Positions 37,827 to 48,252 of a DNA stretch of 64,000 nt are shown one piece after another. Position numbers and translations under genes: made by a program. Source of the stretch: Mobula hypostoma. Its lineage: Eukaryota. How positions within the stretch are numbered: the first letter of the stretch is position 1; each line of letters starts with the position of its first letter. The DNA lies in the NCBI RefSeq assembly GCF_963921235.1, contig NC_086097.1:176826001-176890000 (forward strand). Direction: 5' to 3'. The notes below the pieces were generated by a model. That model worked only from the letters and a program-made list of their open reading frames with translations, did no database searches and was not told the origin of the DNA.

Positions 37827-39190
37827 GGATGACGGAAAACAGTGGAGAGGCGAGTGAAGGTGAGGCTGAGTCGAAGCAGGCGGGTACGAGGCAAAGTCGA
37901 GGCAGACTCAAGGCAAGCAGAGGTGAGGCAAAGTTGGGGTAAGTGGAGGTGAGGCAGAATCGAGAACCGTCCACCTTAACCGAGGTTTGATTGATCTAAG
38001 CACCAGGCTGATTTGGAAAGGTCGGGTACGAGCCGAAATACATATCTCACAAGACCTTACATGGTCCACTAACATCACTACAATAGTTAAGAAAGCACGG
38101 CAACGCCTGTTATTCCTCAGGACGCTGAAGAAAGCTGGTCTACCTGAACAGATGCCGGTGACCTTTTACTGCTGCAGTAAAGAGAGCATCTTAACATACT
38201 GCATCTCTGTGTGGTATCTCAGTTGTACAGCAGCTGATAGGAAAGCACTTCAGCACTATCTCTAGCGCACAGAATATCATCGGGACACAGCTCCCAGCCC
38301 TGGAGTACACCTACAGCTCTCGCTGCCTAAGGAAAGCTACAAGCATCTGTAAGGACAGTACACACCCATGCGATTATCTTTTGAACTTCTTCCATCTGGC
38401 AGACGTTATAAGATTTTCTATGCCCGCACTTGCAGACTGAAAAATAGTTTTTCTCCCCAGAGCTATAATTGCTCTGAATCAATCGATCAAGCATCATCCA
38501 TAAATTTGTTATATTGCTACTTTAATACTGGTTTATGGTTGCTGGTTGTACTGGCTGGTTACTTGATTTTATTTATTGTTTATTTATTTTATTTGTTGTT
38601 TTATGGCATTGAGTATGGAAGTTGCAAACTAATTTTCGCTGTATTGGAGCATGACAAATTGTACGATGTAATGACAATAAAGATATTTCATTTCAAATGT
38701 GGCGGCGGGGTCCAGTCCCGAAGTGTATCAATGTGACAGGGCCCAGGGCCTAGAGCGAGGAACAACACGATTTAAACGCCAGGCCAGATAGATTGAAAAG
38801 GCAGGGAGTTAGGACCAGAGGCAAGGAGTGGGCCAGTTCCACTTGCTGCTTCACGTTCACTCTGCTCTGTGCTGAACTGAGGCTGAGATCTTGACTGCTC
38901 AGGCTGCTCGGTGCTTCATGTCTGTGGGCTTAGTGACATTTACTTGGCTCTGCACCTCACTGAAGCTAAGCCTGTGGCCTGCTTCGGCTGCACCAGGATT
39001 CGTGTCGGTGACTCACTATCGCTTTGAATGCTATTTGCTTACATTTATTGCCTGCACATTGAGTGTTTGATCGTCTTCTTAACCAGTTCTTTTGAATTTC
39101 TTTGTTTTGTGACTGTCTGCAAGGAGATGAATCTCTAAGTTGTATATAGTATACATGCTTTGATAATAAATGTACTTTGAGCTTTGAAAT
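37827..39190 (+). mobile_element. GC-rich non-autonomous element with a Rex1-type tail, interrupted by a Rex1 LINE fragment (~38038-38696)
   Basis: Tail gataataaatgtactttgagctttgaa; insert reads HISQDLTWSTNIT..KKARQRLLFLRTLKK..LPSGRRY. Confidence 0.65.
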
Positions 39191-39238
39191 CATAATTTCC
39201 CAAAATGCCAATTTCTTTCTAGATGTGGGTATCTCATA

Positions 39239-40602
39239 CAGGTGTCCCCCACTTTTCAAAAGTTTGCTTTAAGACACCTCGCTGTTACGAAAGACCTACA
39301 TTAGTTACCTGTTTTCGCTAACAGAAGGTGTTTTCACTGTTACGAAGAAAAACAGCGTGTGAAAAAAGGCAGCGCGCGCCCCGAGCAGCCAAGCTCCTCC
39401 CCCGGAACTGCATTCCAGCCAGCATTGCTTAAACACGTGCCTGTGAGCACCTGTGCTCTATGTGGATTTATTTTGACCATCCGTTAGCAAGATGAGTTCT
39501 AAGGTATCGGAAAAGCCTAAAAGAGCTCGTAAGGGTGTTACACTTAGTGTAAAACTAGACATAATTAAGCATTTCGATCCTGGTGAACGAAGTAAGGACA
39601 AAGTGAGTTTGGCTTGTGGAAGACGACGGAGATGATGTTGAAGAGGTTTTGGCATCCCATGACCAAGAGCTGATAAATGAAGAGCTGATACAGTTGGAAG
39701 AGGAAAGGATAACAATCGAAACCAAATGCAGTAGCGAACGGACCAGAAGTGAAGTCGTGCAAGAACTGAACTTAAAGCAACTACGGGAGATTTTCGTTGC
39801 AATTGACAACGCTGCAATGTTTGCAGAAAAGTACGACTTTAATTTTGAAAGGGTACGTAGGTTTAGGGCGTATTTGCTGGATGGTTTGAGTGCTTACAAA
39901 GAACTGTATGATAGGAAAATGTGCGAGGCTAAGCAGTCAAGCATACTGTCGTTTTTCAAGCCTTCCACATCAGCCACAGCAGACGACGAACCTTGACCTT
40001 CGACATCGACACAGGCAGACATAGAAGAAGATGACCCACCTGCCCTGATGGAAACAGACGACGATGAGATGACACCCCAGTGTCCCACCACCCCAACCTC
40101 CAACGACTCAGCCTAACACACCATCATCAGTGTGCTCGCTGTCTTCCCGATTCTGGTAAGTGATACTACACTGTACATACATTATTTCTACTTTATATAG
40201 GCTATGTATTTTTATGTGTTATTTGCTATGATTTGCCAGCTTCTTAGCTTAAAGGTTACCGGAGAGAATTTTCCTGCCGAGAGTGCTTGCGCCGTGTGTT
40301 TCTACTGAGAGCGCTTGCGTGAGATTTTCGCTATGGTGGACAGTGCAATGACTGCAGAAAAAAACTTCTACTTTATATAGGCTGTGTATTTATCATACCA
40401 TTCCTGCTTTTACTATATGTTACTGTTATTTTAGGTTTTATGTGTTATTTGGTATGATTTGGTAGGTTATTTTTTTGGGTCTGCGAACAATCACAAATTT
40501 TTCCCATATAAATAAATGGTAATTGCTTCTTCACTTTACGACATTCCGGCTTACGAACTGTTTCATAGGAGCGCTCTACCTTCGGGTGGCAGGGGAAACC
40601 TG
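39239..40602 (+). mobile_element. Tigger/pogo DNA transposon internal-deletion derivative
   Basis: TA on both sides; TIRs caggtgtcccc / ggggaaacctg; ATG 39492 MSSKVSEKPKRARKGVTLSVKLDIIK (HTH-psq start) joined to the C-terminus DVEEVLASHDQEL..KQSSILSFFK; no DDD core. Confidence 0.88.
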
Positions 40603-43600
40603 TATCTGGAATAGAGACACTCACCTTTCCATCACTTAAACCTGCATTTCACATGGCCAGTGTATGATCCAGGTCTCTGTTTTTCCAGTACTAATTCCAA
40701 AGCAAAGAAATAAGTATACACAAACTGAAAACACAGATAAAACAAAACAAATATTGAAGCTTACACTGTTCTTCCTTTTGAAGCTTCACAAATAAACAGA
40801 ACAATACTTGGAACTAACATTTAATACACAATAAACACATTCAAAAGAACAACGGAAAAGATGGATGGATGGGGCACCCACACAATTTCTTACAGACTTC
40901 TTCTTAAGGTACAACATCTTGCAAATTGATTTCACATCAAGTAACAAAATCTTCTTGGATTAATTCGAACCCCCTTCCAATGCAGATTAGCAAACACAAG
41001 ATAGACTTTGCACTAACTCATTCATACTCCCTCTCTCAAGTAACTCATGTGTGGCCACACCTCATACAGCATTTTTCAAACTTAAGCCATTCATATTTTA
41101 GTCACTTTCTCTCAAAGGTTAAGTATTCAGCAAAACATCTTAGTACACACATTGACAACCTCCTCCAGAATCTTAATCCTTAAGACTTGGAAATGAAGAA
41201 TGCTGGAAATTATTGGTCATGGAGAAGCAAGCATTCAACCATCCCCACATTAATCAAAATTCCACAACTTCCGAGCTTTCTCAAATTCAAATCTCTGATC
41301 TATAGAATTCTGATTATATGACCAGTTTATCTTACTGTCTCAGGTGTTGTGTCCTACTTTAGAATCAGGTTTAGTATCACTGACATTCAGTATGTCATGA
41401 AATTTATTGCTATGTGGCAGTAGTACATTGCAATACATAATTTTTAAAAATATAAATTACAATAAGTATATATAAAAAAGAAAATTAAATTGAATAAGAG
41501 TTCAAAAAGAGAGGAAAAAATTATTGAGGTAGTGTTCATGTGTTCATTGTCCATTCAGAAATCTGATGGTGGAGGAGAAGAACCTGTTCCTGAAATCTTC
41601 AGGCTGCTTTACCTCCCTGTTGATGGTAGCAATGAGAAGAGGGATTGTCCTGGGTGATGAGAGTCCTTTAGAACAACTCATACTTCTAGACTCAGCCTTT
41701 TGTCGAGATCTTCACTTTCACTTATGTCTGGGTTTATATGATTCCACTCTGATCGGGTCTAATTTGACTGGTTCACAATCTTCTGTGTGTTCAAACTGTA
41801 CACTTAGGATCTTGTGACATAATCCAGATACACTATCATGGCTGCAGTCCCTGCTGATCAGAACTGCTGTGGCCATGTTGTCAGCTCTGTGAATCTTACA
41901 AGTTTGCTGATCCTGTTTTCTCCATGTCCCGTCCCGAATCAATGACAGCATCTGCCTTACCAAATGTACCTATACCCAGGACAGTACGTTCATTGTTCAG
42001 GTGTACCCAGAAATCCACTGGAAAGCACACTCTTAAGTATCTGACGCTCACTTTTTTCAGCCCTCATTGTTTCTCCACCCCACCACCCCCCCCGTACACC
42101 TGTAAGATGGTCTCCCTCAAGCAACTCAGTTATGGATACCGTACCTCCAGCGTCCACTAACATATTGCATTGCTGACCCCTATTAAAGCTCTTGTGTCCA
42201 TCTGTGGGTGACTAGTACTTGTAATGGGGGCTACTGATAGCTGCTTGTCTGACCTAGCTGCTGTCTTTACTGGTTCTATAATCTGGGCAGTGGTCAATGT
42301 GGGTAAAGAAGTTTCTGCTGTGGGGTCTACCTCTCCTGGTGGGTGACTGTCTCACCTTCTTCTTGCAACATTACCTCTGACTATGGGTTGAGAGGTTGCA
42401 GACATAACAAACCATTGCCTGTACCCTTCTATATCTGTTCTGGCATTCCTTTGCTGGGTACCCTGTGTTATGTATTTAGGATATCAGTAATATTTGGGTA
42501 ATAATGGAAACATATTGTTTGATTAAGCATTCTTTGTTCATTATGGTTATATGTAAAAATAAATCAATTGAAATCAATGTGATGCTACATGCGTCCTCAC
42601 TTAAAGTAAAAGCTAAGTTAGACATGCAATCCCAGCTTTTTTTGTTTTGGAGTTACAATACGTAACAGTGGCAACAAGGAAGTTTTAAATAAACCCAAGA
42701 CGGCTACTTACCTGATGAAGCACAGCAGGACACTCAATTTTTTTTAGAAGTGCAGCGCGACAGTCGAGCTGTAAAAGATCATTGCAGCACATCTTCTCGA
42801 GGAGAGAAAGAGTCAGCCGAGCTCTAAGGAAAACAGAAAACAGAAGAATTTACGGGTTCAAAAACAGTGAGGACCAAATGATGATAATAATCATAAATTT
42901 CAAAAAAGAGCAGAAATGGCTGGCTACATCAGAAAGATAGATGTGTTCCATTACACAACAAATAACTGGATTTTGTATACTGAACGGATTGAGCAATATT
43001 TTAAAGCAAATGGAATGGGAACCAGGTGCCAATTTTGCTGAGTGCATTGTACTTAAAGGCATACAGTTTGCAATGAAGTTGAACTGCTCCAACTAAACCA
43101 GCCAAAATGAGCTTTGCTGATATCTTGAAAGTAGTGCATGAATATCTAGAACTGAAATCATTGTTTATTGCAGAACCTTTTGGATTTCATAAGCGGAATC
43201 AACAGGAAGGGAAGTCCATTTCAGCATACGTGGCTGAATTGAAGAAGTAATCTTAGCATTGTCAGTTCAATGATGGGCTTGATGCACTGCAAGATTGTTT
43301 CGTTTTTAGAATCCGACAAGAAAGCATTTCAAAACAACTCCTAACAGAAGTACAGCTTACATTTAAAGGAGGAGTTAGAATTAGTCCGTGAGCCAGGACC
43401 CCAAATTTGGGCCACCGGTACCATCTGGGGGGAATAATTCTTCTACTGATTTTTGGCAAGGTATATACCCCAGTGCTAGAACATATGTGATAGCATTACA
43501 GCAGCGGTAGCTTTCTGTGTGTAATCACTCGATTTATAACCACATGCCAAAACACATTTTTCAAAACTATACATAGCACAGAATAAAACATTCTACTTCA

Positions 43601-43869
43601 AACTGATGGTTCTCTCTTATTATTGACACTTTGTCTTTGAAATTTGGTGGGAATATAGCTCAGACTATATGTTTTTCAGAAAAGTTGTTAAAATTAGCAT
43701 CTCTACAAATGTCATCTATTACTGGCAGTGACAACACAGTGACTATACATTACATAAGATGTACTTCTGTTTTCATGTTCTGTTTCACATTTATATCTTG
43801 TATATCACCATTTATACATACATTTATATCACCTCTGCAGCAGGTGCTTTTTTCACCAGCAATGTTAAT

Positions 43870-44202
43870 ATTCATATATGATATGCGTATCAAATATGGT
43901 CAAGGATAACCAAGAAGTTCTACAGAGAATGAAAACAAAACGTACATTACTTAAAAAATTCAGAAAACAGCAATCAAAATTCTTTAGACACATCGTGCGA
44001 AGAGAGATATTAGAACATTTAGTTACAACTGGGAAGCTGGAAGGAAAAAGAAGCAGAGGCAGACAAAGAATGAAAATGATAGATAGAATAACATCGTGGT
44101 TAGAAACAGGGGAGGCAACAACTACAATTCAGAGGGTCAGGGACAGTGATGGATGGAGAGACATGATCGCCCACGCCGAACGGCAAGGCACCTAAATGAA
44201 TG
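43870..44202 (+). mobile_element. RTE LINE 3' end with a 9-bp TSD
   Basis: FFRHIVRREILEHLVTTGKLEGKRSRGRQR..RDSDGWRDMI; (aatg)n tail; aatgttaat at 43861-43869 and 44203-44211. Confidence 0.9.
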
Positions 44203-44314
44203 AATGTTAATGTGATTCTTTTCTGTTTCAGGTACTGTGGGGGTGGGATAGTCCTGCACAATAGAAGAGTAGAATAGATTTAGATCTGGAGTAGCTGAAT
44301 CACTTTGCTTCTGA

Positions 44315-44920
44315 ATGGAGAGCCATAAGCACAAAGAATCTATTAAGAAGCAGTGTATCATACACCAGAAAACATCAAAAGAAGCTGATGACCATTTAGT
44401 TAGTCCTCAAGACTCTGAATCCAGGAAAACAGTACTTGAAGTAGCCAAAGTGAGAAACTATGCCCCTATTTTAGACGTTGCTACAGAACTTGGAGAAAAA
44501 GGATCCCCAAGAATCTACTGTCACTGAAAATGCCAAAGCCTCTTCACCATGAAGAGAGACTTAGAGACTCTGAAAAGGAAAGCCATGGAAAGCATTACTG
44601 ATGAAGCTGGTGAGAATACCTGTACATCAAAAAGGCCAAGTGGGAGATCTTCATCAGAAGCAAGGATGTATGATTAAAGCTGCATTTTTTGTAATAAGGT
44701 GAAATTACTGAAGGGTTCCTAGTCACATGAAAAGCTTACACAAGCTGTACAACTCAGAGCTGACCAACCACTCCGAGAATGTGCAACCCAAAAGGACGAT
44801 GAAAAGATTCTAGCAGTAACAAGCAGAGACATAGTTGCTGCAGAGGCCCACTATCATGTTTCATGCTATAAGGATTATACCAGAATCAAGAAAAAGGAAC
44901 CTGAGTACAAGGACCACTGA
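44315..44920 (+). pseudogene. N-terminal Cys/His-rich part of an Academ-like transposase
   Basis: One frame, ~200 codons with 3 internal stops: CIIH..IYCH*KC..SCIFCNK..LRECATQKDDEKILAVTSRDIVAAEAHYHVSCYKDYT. Confidence 0.65.
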
Positions 44921-45844
44921 TGACAAAGTACCACTAGGTTGAATATATATGTTGCACTTTATATTGGCCAATTTTCAGAAATACTTATTTTAGGGTAGTG
45001 TTATAAAATGCATGATAGCACACATAAAGCTACCACTGGTGCAATGTTATCACATATTTTCTAACTCTAGAGATGTATACCTTGCCAAAAACCACTATGA
45101 GCATTATTCCCCTCGGATGGTACCGACCAACCCTACTGGCTCACAGATAGCTGGACCAGTGGAAACAGCAGACAGAGATGGAATTGAGTTGCAGTTAGAA
45201 ATGAAAGCCAGCATGAACAAAATTGCAATGACTAAATTGAAACTGGCCAAAATTGTTTGAAGGTGAAACATGTATAAAATGCAACAAGTAGGACACATAC
45301 AAAGAATATATGGACAGACAAAAATAAGTATACTGCTCAGGGAAGAGAAAAAAAGATATAAAATCAAGTTGCAGTTTCAGAAAGAGCACTAAACTGCCCG
45401 CTGTTGATGAGACTGACACAGGACTAGGTAGCCTTGAGATCTAAATGTGAAAACTAACAACACACAAGCAATATGCCTGACATCAGAAGTATGCAGCAAA
45501 CTAATTGAAATGGAATTGGACACTGGCTTGGCTGTTTCAGCTATTCCAACAAAATGAGTTTGAATGGCTTTTCAAAGATACTAAACTGAAGCCTAAAGAT
45601 ATGCAGCTAAGAACTTACACTGGAGAAGAGATCATTTCTATGGGAATGACCAGTGGGAACAGTGAAATACAAAAACCAACAAGCCACATTGGCCTTGTAT
45701 GTGGTAAAAACAGGATGGCCAGATATGCGGGGCGTGAGTGGCTGAGGCAACTACAACTTGTAACAGAGTCAACAGAAAGTAAATTAAGAAAGGTACTGGA
45801 GGATGCTGTACACTATGAACTGTTGCCCAGCAGAGAGCGGATAG

Positions 45845-46620
45845 GTATTAGCGACAACCTCTGTGCCTCTGGTTTGAGAGCATATTGGACAAAGGAAGGA
45901 CCATGCTGCTCAGAGGATTCATGGAAATGACAGAAACAGTGGTCCAACTACAGCAGTTTTTGTAGGTAGCATATCTGAGATAGCTTCTGCCATGTTAATC
46001 AGGCAGTTACTTGTGAAATGTGGCTTGGTGTTAAGCTGAAAGAGAGCTCAAGAAACTTCAGGAAGGTTGCAAACATTCAGCTTTCATGGGTATAAAAAAA
46101 ACAGAACCTACTCTGTGTTCATTAAGGTTATTGCATGAACTTCAAGTGAGAGGCAAAAGCTGCTTTTTAAAGTAAATGCAAAGACCAAAGCCCAGTTGGA
46201 TGAATGGAAGGCCAAAAAGAAAAGAGTCAATGGAGATATGAAAACAGAGGATTCATCAGATGATGTTGTGGATAGAGAAAACAAGAGGAGAGATCGGATC
46301 GTGAAGGGAGCAATAGAAGGATTAATAAGAGAGTATTCCAGTGAACTAAGTGCACCTTCCCAAGGTCAAGATGCACATTGTAGAAGGAAGAAAACGGAAA
46401 AGAAAGAGGAGGATGATATAAGTGCTATGGAGATGGAAGAGGCTAAAAAAGGCCTAATTTCTTGAGAAGTTTGCAAATTCAGAAATACTCAAAAGAAACT
46501 AGAAGAAAAAGAAAGATGTGAAAGAGAGAATGAACATGACAACGAAAAAGAATATGATAAAGGGAGGGGAACAAGCCCGGACAGAGAGAGAAGCAAGGAT
46601 CAAAGTAGATCCAGATAGAA
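45845..46620 (+). pseudogene. RBM25: Processed (intronless) fragment of RNA-binding protein 25: RRM and start of the RE/RD-rich region
   Basis: Translation GPTTAVFVGSISEIASAMLIRQLLVKCGLVLS*KRAQETSGRLQTFSF..LRLLHELQ..KVNAKTKAQLDEWKAKKK..KRRDRIVKGAIEGLIREYSSELSAPSQ..DISAMEMEE..LIS*EVCKFRNTQKKLEE..SKDQSRSR matches vertebrate RBM25 as recalled; stops and frameshifts present. Confidence 0.93.
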
Positions 46621-46869
46621 ACACTAAGAAAAGAAGAAAGGTCAGAAGCACTTCCTGCAGTCTCAGAGTTGACTCCTACAACCACCACAGAGGAGGCCCC
46701 AGAACCTGAAATTCTTTTCACAGCCAAATGTCTCACCTGCCAAGCAGAGTGGCCTCCCTAGTCAGGAAAGAAGTTATCCCACAAGAGTAAGAAAGTTTCC
46801 ATAATGATTAAATCTTTAGGTCTGAAAGGGACAACTTAAGTTTTATTATGTGGCGGATGTCTATAGAGT

Positions 46870-46997
46870 AGAATTAAGGAAGGGTTGAGCTCAGCCTATT
46901 TATATTTTATTACCTCTCTCAGAAAACTACTTACAGAAAACTACTAAAATGAAATACCTCACAGCAAAACAGTATAAATCTTAAGCAGGGCATTACA
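46870..46997. mobile_element. Truncated end of the LTR family seen at 54146-54922
   Basis: cttacagaa..actaaaatgaaatacct..cagca..aaatcttaa.cagggcattaca matches 54858-54922. Confidence 0.7.
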
Positions 46998-48165
46998 GAC
47001 ATAGGTATATAAAAGTTGAGATGCATTCTATAGTGAGTTGTGGTTTATAGCTAAGCAGAGAAGCAGAGAATCAGAATCAGGTTTATTATCACCAGCATGT
47101 GTCGTGAAATTTGTTAACTTTGCAACAGCAGTACAATGCAACACGTGATAATATAAAAAGAAAATCAATCAATCAATCAATCAGTCAATCAACAATACTA
47201 ATTTTACAATTTTCTTTAGCTTCTTTCGGTCCTGGGCAGTATCAGCTCCTTCCACCCACCCCCATGCCAAACAGTGATGCAGCCGATCAGAATGCTCTTC
47301 ATGGTATATCTATAGAGGTTTTCAAGTGTTTTCATTGACAGACTAAATCGCTTCCAAATCCTAATGAAGTATAGCTGCTGTCTTGCCTTCTTGTTAACTG
47401 CATCGATATGTTGGGACCAGGTTAGATCCTCAGAGATCTTGACACCCAGGAACTAAAAACTGCTCACTCTCTCTACTTCTGATCGTTTTGTAAGGATTGG
47501 TTCGCATTCCCTTGTCTTACCCTTCCTGAAATCTACAATCAGCTCTTTCATCTTACTGACATTGAGTGCAAGGTCATTGCTGTGACACCACTCAGCTAGC
47601 TGGTACATCTCACTCCAGTACACCCTCTCATCTCCATCTGAGATTCTACCAACAACGATTGTGTCATCAGCAAATCTATCGATGGTATTTGAGCTGTGCC
47701 TAGCCATACAGTCATGGGTATAGAAAGAGTAGAGCAGTGGGCTAAGCATACATCCTTGAGGGGCACTAGTACTGATTATCAGCGCGGAGAAGATAGTATC
47801 AGCAATACACACAGATTATGGACTTCTGGTTAGGAAGTCAAGAATCTAATTGCAGAGGAAAGTACAGAGGCCCAGGTTCTGTAACTTATTAATCAGGACT
47901 GTGAGAATGATGGTGTTAAATGCTGAGCTACAGTTGATGAGCTCAGGTGTTTGTGTTGTCAAGGTGATCTAAGGCTATGTGAAGAGCCATTCTTATTGCA
48001 TCTGCCGTAGACTTATTGTGGTGATAGGCAAATTGCAATGGATCCAGGTCCTTGATGAGGCAGGAGTGGATTCTAGCCATGACCAACATGTCAAAGCATT
48101 TCATCACTGTAGATCAAAGTTGCTGGTGAACGCAGCAGGCCAAGCAGCATCTGTAGGAAGAGGTG

Positions 48166-48203
48166 CAGTCGACGTTTCAGGCCGAGACCCTTCGTCAGGA
48201 CTA
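48166..48203 (-). ncRNA. Minimal type I hammerhead ribozyme (mirror copy)
   Basis: Exact reverse complement of 48215-48252. Confidence 0.8.
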
Positions 48204-48214
48204 ACTACGTCAGT

Positions 48215-48252
48215 TAGTCCTGACGAAGGGTCTCGGCCTGAAACGTCGACTG
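48215..48252 (+). ncRNA. Minimal type I hammerhead ribozyme
   Basis: UAGUC-CUGACGA-A-GGGU(CUCG)GCCU-GAAA-CGUC^GACUG: stem I 5 bp, stem II 4 bp, palindromic ACGU stem III; predicted cleavage after C48247. Confidence 0.8.

Larger units (their letters stand above)
43382..45149 (+). mobile_element. Academ-like DNA transposon deletion derivative with ~180-bp imperfect TIRs
   Basis: Left end tagtccgtgagccag, right end ctggctcacagata; TIRs share ggtaccatc..ggggaataat..tttttggcaaggtata..atatgtgata..ggtagcttt. Confidence 0.7.

Noticed and set aside
45845..46620. Functional RBM25 gene
   Set aside because: Internal stops and frameshifts, no N-terminus or PWI domain, no introns, embedded in an LTR element
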